A stretch of 64,000 bases of DNA, taken from Ascidiella aspersa (lineage: Eukaryota). The stretch is from positions 6,758,001-6,822,000 of the forward strand of contig OZ004615.1 in assembly GCA_963924565.1 (NCBI GenBank), read 5' to 3'. The position numbers were made by a program, and so were the translations under genes. Shown piece by piece: positions 59,461 through 64,000 of the stretch; the first letter of the stretch is position 1, and every line of letters starts with the position of its first letter. The notes under the pieces are model-generated. The model saw only the letters and a list, made by a program, of their open reading frames with translations, was not told the origin of the DNA and did no database searches.

Positions 59461-62400
59461 TATTAAAGGTGTATATTTTGAGTATTTTATTAGACTTTCA
59501 TACTATTTCACAAAGTTAGAAATTAATTTTAGAGTCTATAGTAAGTGAGCCTTAACGAATTCATGCTCACTAAAACTAGCATTTGCTCAATATGAAACTT
59601 TCTAGTATAGGGGAGCTCTGGCTATGTCCTTGCCGTTTCCAGCCCTTAAGCAATACAATATCGCGCGTGTTCAGCAATTACGCGAGCTTCACCGTTGGCG
59701 CAATTATCGCGCCGCCACCCATTCCAGGTGCATTTACAAAACATCGCCAATCGCCGAATAAAATCGCCACACAGCCCCATCAATAATTCACAGGCCCGAC
59801 TTATGACAAGTGACGGCGTCGTGCGCCTGTATTCAATCCAAAGCTGCAGATGACAACCTAGATCGGTCCCTCTATCGCTGGCCGCCCGAAGACCCGCTAC
59901 CGATTCGTTCCAAATGAAATTATCTTTTAAGACTAAGAGTAGGACGGTTTAGTTTGCCCGCGCCTGGCACCCGCCCGTTCGATTGCTTTTTCAAGCAACG
60001 TCACCGCGTTTTTTGCTTCACCCGCTGACGTTTTAGCCGATCGATAGGAACACGACTGCAGACGTCTTGTCCCCGACGCATCTCGAACAAGGATCAGTAA
60101 AAGTGGATTCGGGAACCACCCAGAAAAATTAAAATGTTGGAAAAAATATTAGAAAAATATAAACGAAAAATAAAATCATTAAGATTATGCAATGGTAATT
60201 CATCTATGTTTGCACTTTGTACGTTACAAGTGATCAGCTTTGCCATGAGGGCTCAGTAGTGATTTACTTGCATTATGCAACTCTGAGGTTAACGTGGTTA
60301 CGTTGGCTAAAGTGAACAGATGAATTTAAAAAAAAATGGTTGAAAAACACTAGGAACCTATAGTTTCGTTGGAGTTTATTATTGAACTGTAGGCTATATA
60401 TTGATTCTAAAAAACATTCGGTGTTCCCTATATCAGTTTTTATCTAGGACTCCATAGACATATATAGTCTAAGTGTACAGTTTTACAATTATTTAGGGGC
60501 TAACCGTTTTTTTGTGGGAGGCAATGCTATATATTTTTTTTGTGGTTTAAAGAACCTTAAGAAACCATAAACCCATTTTGTTGTTGTGCAATGGAGCAGT
60601 AGCTTAGAGCATTTAAGTACGGTTTCGCCTGAAAAACATGGATGTCGCTCTGCGATGTGCCGTTTTCTGCAATTTGAATCGGCTAATAGAATGCAAAATA
60701 ACTATACTTCAGCAATAAAAAGTCTCTTGAGGATGAATAAAACATGGTTTTATTACAAAATAAAAAAGATCGGCTAATAGAGTTAACGAAATAGGCACGG
60801 AGGTTTTTAGAAAACACGAAATTTATAAGCCATGTCAAAAAGTCATCGCCGTTCATTATATAGCTAACATTAGGCTCGAGTACGGTTAAAGTATATTTCA
60901 TTTACATAATTTATTTACAAGTACAATTTCAGCCCACTATTCCCACCAAAAATGTATTTTTCAAATAAAAAAACTCTCTAAAATAGACTAAACTATACAA
61001 ACTAAAACTACATTTATTCCAATTAAGTTCACCAAGCAACTACCAAATCTAAAAAAAAGTGTGTGTAAGAACAAAAACATAGCGCCTTTGGCTTTTTTAT
61101 GGAATTTCAGCTTAAATTTTTTGCAAAATTTGTCACGCCTATAGCCAACATTCAAAGTTTCTAATAGTACAAGCTTCTGGCCATGTATTCATTTCAAAAA
61201 AGCGGATTATTAAACCTCAAGCTAAGGTACTAAACGCCGGAATCTAAACCTATAGTTTCTTATAAGCTTTTTGTACAAAAGTCTGTAAAATTTGGACACG
61301 TTTTAAGTAAGTTCAACGTGAATGGTTTTGTTGCACTTAATTTCGACTTTTATTAATGAAAATCATTTCACTTGTTTTTTATGGCGTCACTATTGCTGAC
61401 GTAATGATGTACACAAATGTTACGCAGGAGATATGGTTTTGAGTCGCTCTGAATTTTTATTAGGGAGAAAACTATGAGCTTATCTAACCAGCTTACATCC
61501 ATCACCAAATTCCAATCTTAAGCCATTAAATTAAACTCACTGTTCAGTACACTGAACGTTTCTTGATCACTTTCCAAAATACTTCAGCAAAATAACAATT
61601 AAATTAGTATCGTATCGGCATCGATTCCACCCTAGGAGTCCTGGTGCACCACTAACTTGCATTTAAGTAGGCTTTGGAAATGGAATTCCACATAATGCGT
61701 ACACAGTGAAGAGATTTACAGATGTGCAATATACTGTTTCTACTATAGACAAAGCAAACGTAGTAAAAGAGTTCACCTTGAGCTTTATTAGCAAAACGGC
61801 ATTTTTACAAAATAATAGCTAGCCTACTTGAGCTTTTGTCGGAATGGGGTTTTTATTGTAAAACGAAAATCAATCAAGCTCAATTCGGACGTCTCACAAC
61901 GGCTTAACCATGAACGAAACATCACTCTTGGGAGTGCGATGCCTTCATCGATCCCCCACACACAATTACAGATAATTTGTCGCGGCACCTCTTGTCCAAT
62001 TCAATTACTTTCCTACCTTCGCGATTTGAAAACGGTGCGGCGGAATAGGCGCCAATGCATTAGCGCGTGGAACGAAATGTCGCACGAAAAGGTCGTTAAA
62101 AGATAACGGTTGTTGTGGTTGAGGCAATTCATCTAATTTTTGAGCAGAGGGCTTTCCTGGTCGCCAGAGCAGAAATTTTATTCCGCGACAAATGAAAAGC
62201 GAACGTAAGCCCTATACCTATATCCAAAATCGATCTTTGCCGTACGATGTTGTACTTATGTCTTTAAGTCACTCAGTTGATGAAATTTAGCACACCAGCT
62301 GTTCAAATAGAATATTGTTAAATCTATATCTCCATGTATTTTATGTTTTGACTATTTGGGGGGAATAAAAACTTGATTTTTCAGCGTGAAAGTGCTATTA

Positions 62401-63521
62401 AAAATAACGCTAAGAGTTGAGTATTAATGGCAAATTGTACAAAAACTGAATTAAAAAATATTAATATATCTTATGCATAAAAAAATATTATTGATACAGC
62501 TCCTACAGAAATTCGTCTTAGTCTAAAGAGCCGTGCGTCACATCTCGCCCTAAAAAAAAACAGTTTTGGCAAGTAATGGCGTTTTATTCGTTTTGCGCGA
62601 ATCGATAACATATTTGTAATACAGCTTTTGTATTGAAATGCTGACCTCTTCAATTTAAAACAAAATAAACAAACTGTGTGCTTATAGTTACTTCTTTTAG
62701 ACGTCTAGATGTAGCTTTGTGACGTCACGTTTTGATGTAACCGTGTGACGTTACATTATGACGTCTGTTCAAAAATATTTTCTGCCATAATCCCGTCGTT
62801 AAAGCTGATGTTTTCTTATGTATTGCCATTTACCAGTTTGCGCCAAATAAGTGTTATTTTTATTTCAGTGGGATCCTTTTCAGCTGTGCGTCGAACGAAA
62901 CTTCCGGAATCTATTTCGCCTTCCGCTGCAAAGTGTGTCACTGCCACGGATATGACGTCAGTGGGACAAAGTTCAGGTCATGTTAAGCCATTTTACATGA
63001 TTTATATAGTATTGACGCAAAGCTGTGAGATACATTTTACTGTCGAAGTAAGTCAAGGTAGCAAATTGTACATTAGTCCGTTGCGGAAGTTTGTTGAATT
63101 ACAATACGCGTAAGGCACCTAAGGCAGATACAATAGGACAAATAATGAAGTCAGCTTAACTATATTTGTTTCAGTGTAGTATTCTATTTTACAACTGAGT
63201 TAAGTTAAAAATGCCATGCTTAGAGAATTTATTTTGAGCATATTGTTCTTATTTTAAGTTGGCGTACATTTAACCAGGCCCAGTATAGTGTGGCCAAAGA
63301 TAAACTTTTTAAAGTACCGGTATTCTGAAGTATAGGCTAACCTGCCAAATTTTGTATAAATTTTACTTGTAGAGATATGTCATTAGAAAACAAGAATTAA
63401 ATACTACACAGTACTGTAACTCGGCTAAATAAAAGTTTAGTTCTTTAATAATGTTTTTTATTATCCTTTATTTTTCAACTTGATACTTTAATATAGGGGA
63501 AGCGTTACATGCTTTAAAACA

Positions 63522-63598
63522 ATGAGCCGCTTCGGTCGACGGACCTTGCTTCTCTTCATAGCGCTTCTGGTCTTTCTGCTTTACAGATACACAATTCG
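63522..63598 (+). CDS. Candidate first coding exon of a type II membrane or secretory-pathway protein (MSRFGRRTLLLFIALLVFLLYRYTI)
   Basis: ACAATG start context; basic N-terminus followed by a hydrophobic helix; CG|GTAAGA donor; no downstream exon confirmed within the window. Confidence 0.4.
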
Positions 63599-64000
63599 GT
63601 AAGATCCGTTCTTATATCACTGTGACTTGTATTTGTTAACAGCCTCGTATTGTGTAACCACAATTCCAGATTTGCTTTACATTATCTTCAACGCGATTTT
63701 CGTATGCTTTGATACGTTCAATGAAATATTTTTTGTTTCAACACGCGATAATAAGTTACACGGCGGAAGAAAAAGACGCACGAGAGATAAAAGATAGGTA
63801 GCACCTAAGAAGCGACATGTGCACGTTTAAACACTGGCCCATGGCTCGAAAAGCTGCGAGGTTATTATTTCCCAGCGCAACATGGTATTCTGATTTTTTA
63901 CTGTTTTTACAGTGTTCTTGAACATCATTAAGGAGGGCAAAGTATAGGCGTATTTACATCGATAAATCAAAAAGCGAGCACAAATCAGTAAACAGTTGAG

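Noticed and set aside
63913-64000. Second exon for the 63522 candidate gene
   Set aside because: All frames after the TTTTTACAG acceptor hit stops quickly.

Overview
AT-rich, intron-rich animal genomic DNA. An invertebrate chordate such as an ascidian is plausible, but that is inference only. (1) A minus-strand, catalytically dead dipeptidyl-peptidase-like gene (DPP6/DPP10 family, Kv4 auxiliary-subunit type). I assembled it by hand as 15 phase-consistent common exons from 23360 down to 7387 (813 aa), plus up to four candidate alternative first exons at 25.4, 25.7, 41.6 and 54.9 kb. (2) Three of its introns each hold a 339-bp cassette of two identical head-to-head 5S rRNA genes around a 99-bp spacer, giving six 5S genes; one cassette looks recombined (spacer flipped relative to its flanks). 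(3) A 3-exon plus-strand gene at 1937-3081, missed by the ORF track, encoding a 57-aa protein with two DNHxxQxNPNN repeats. (4) Many non-autonomous DNA transposons (MITEs), several with target-site duplications (TSDs) and nesting, plus local duplications and a long near-perfect hairpin. (5) A largely non-coding 26-63 kb stretch with GC-rich islands, and a possible first exon of a plus-strand type II membrane protein at 63.5 kb. Most entries in the supplied ORF track are spurious.
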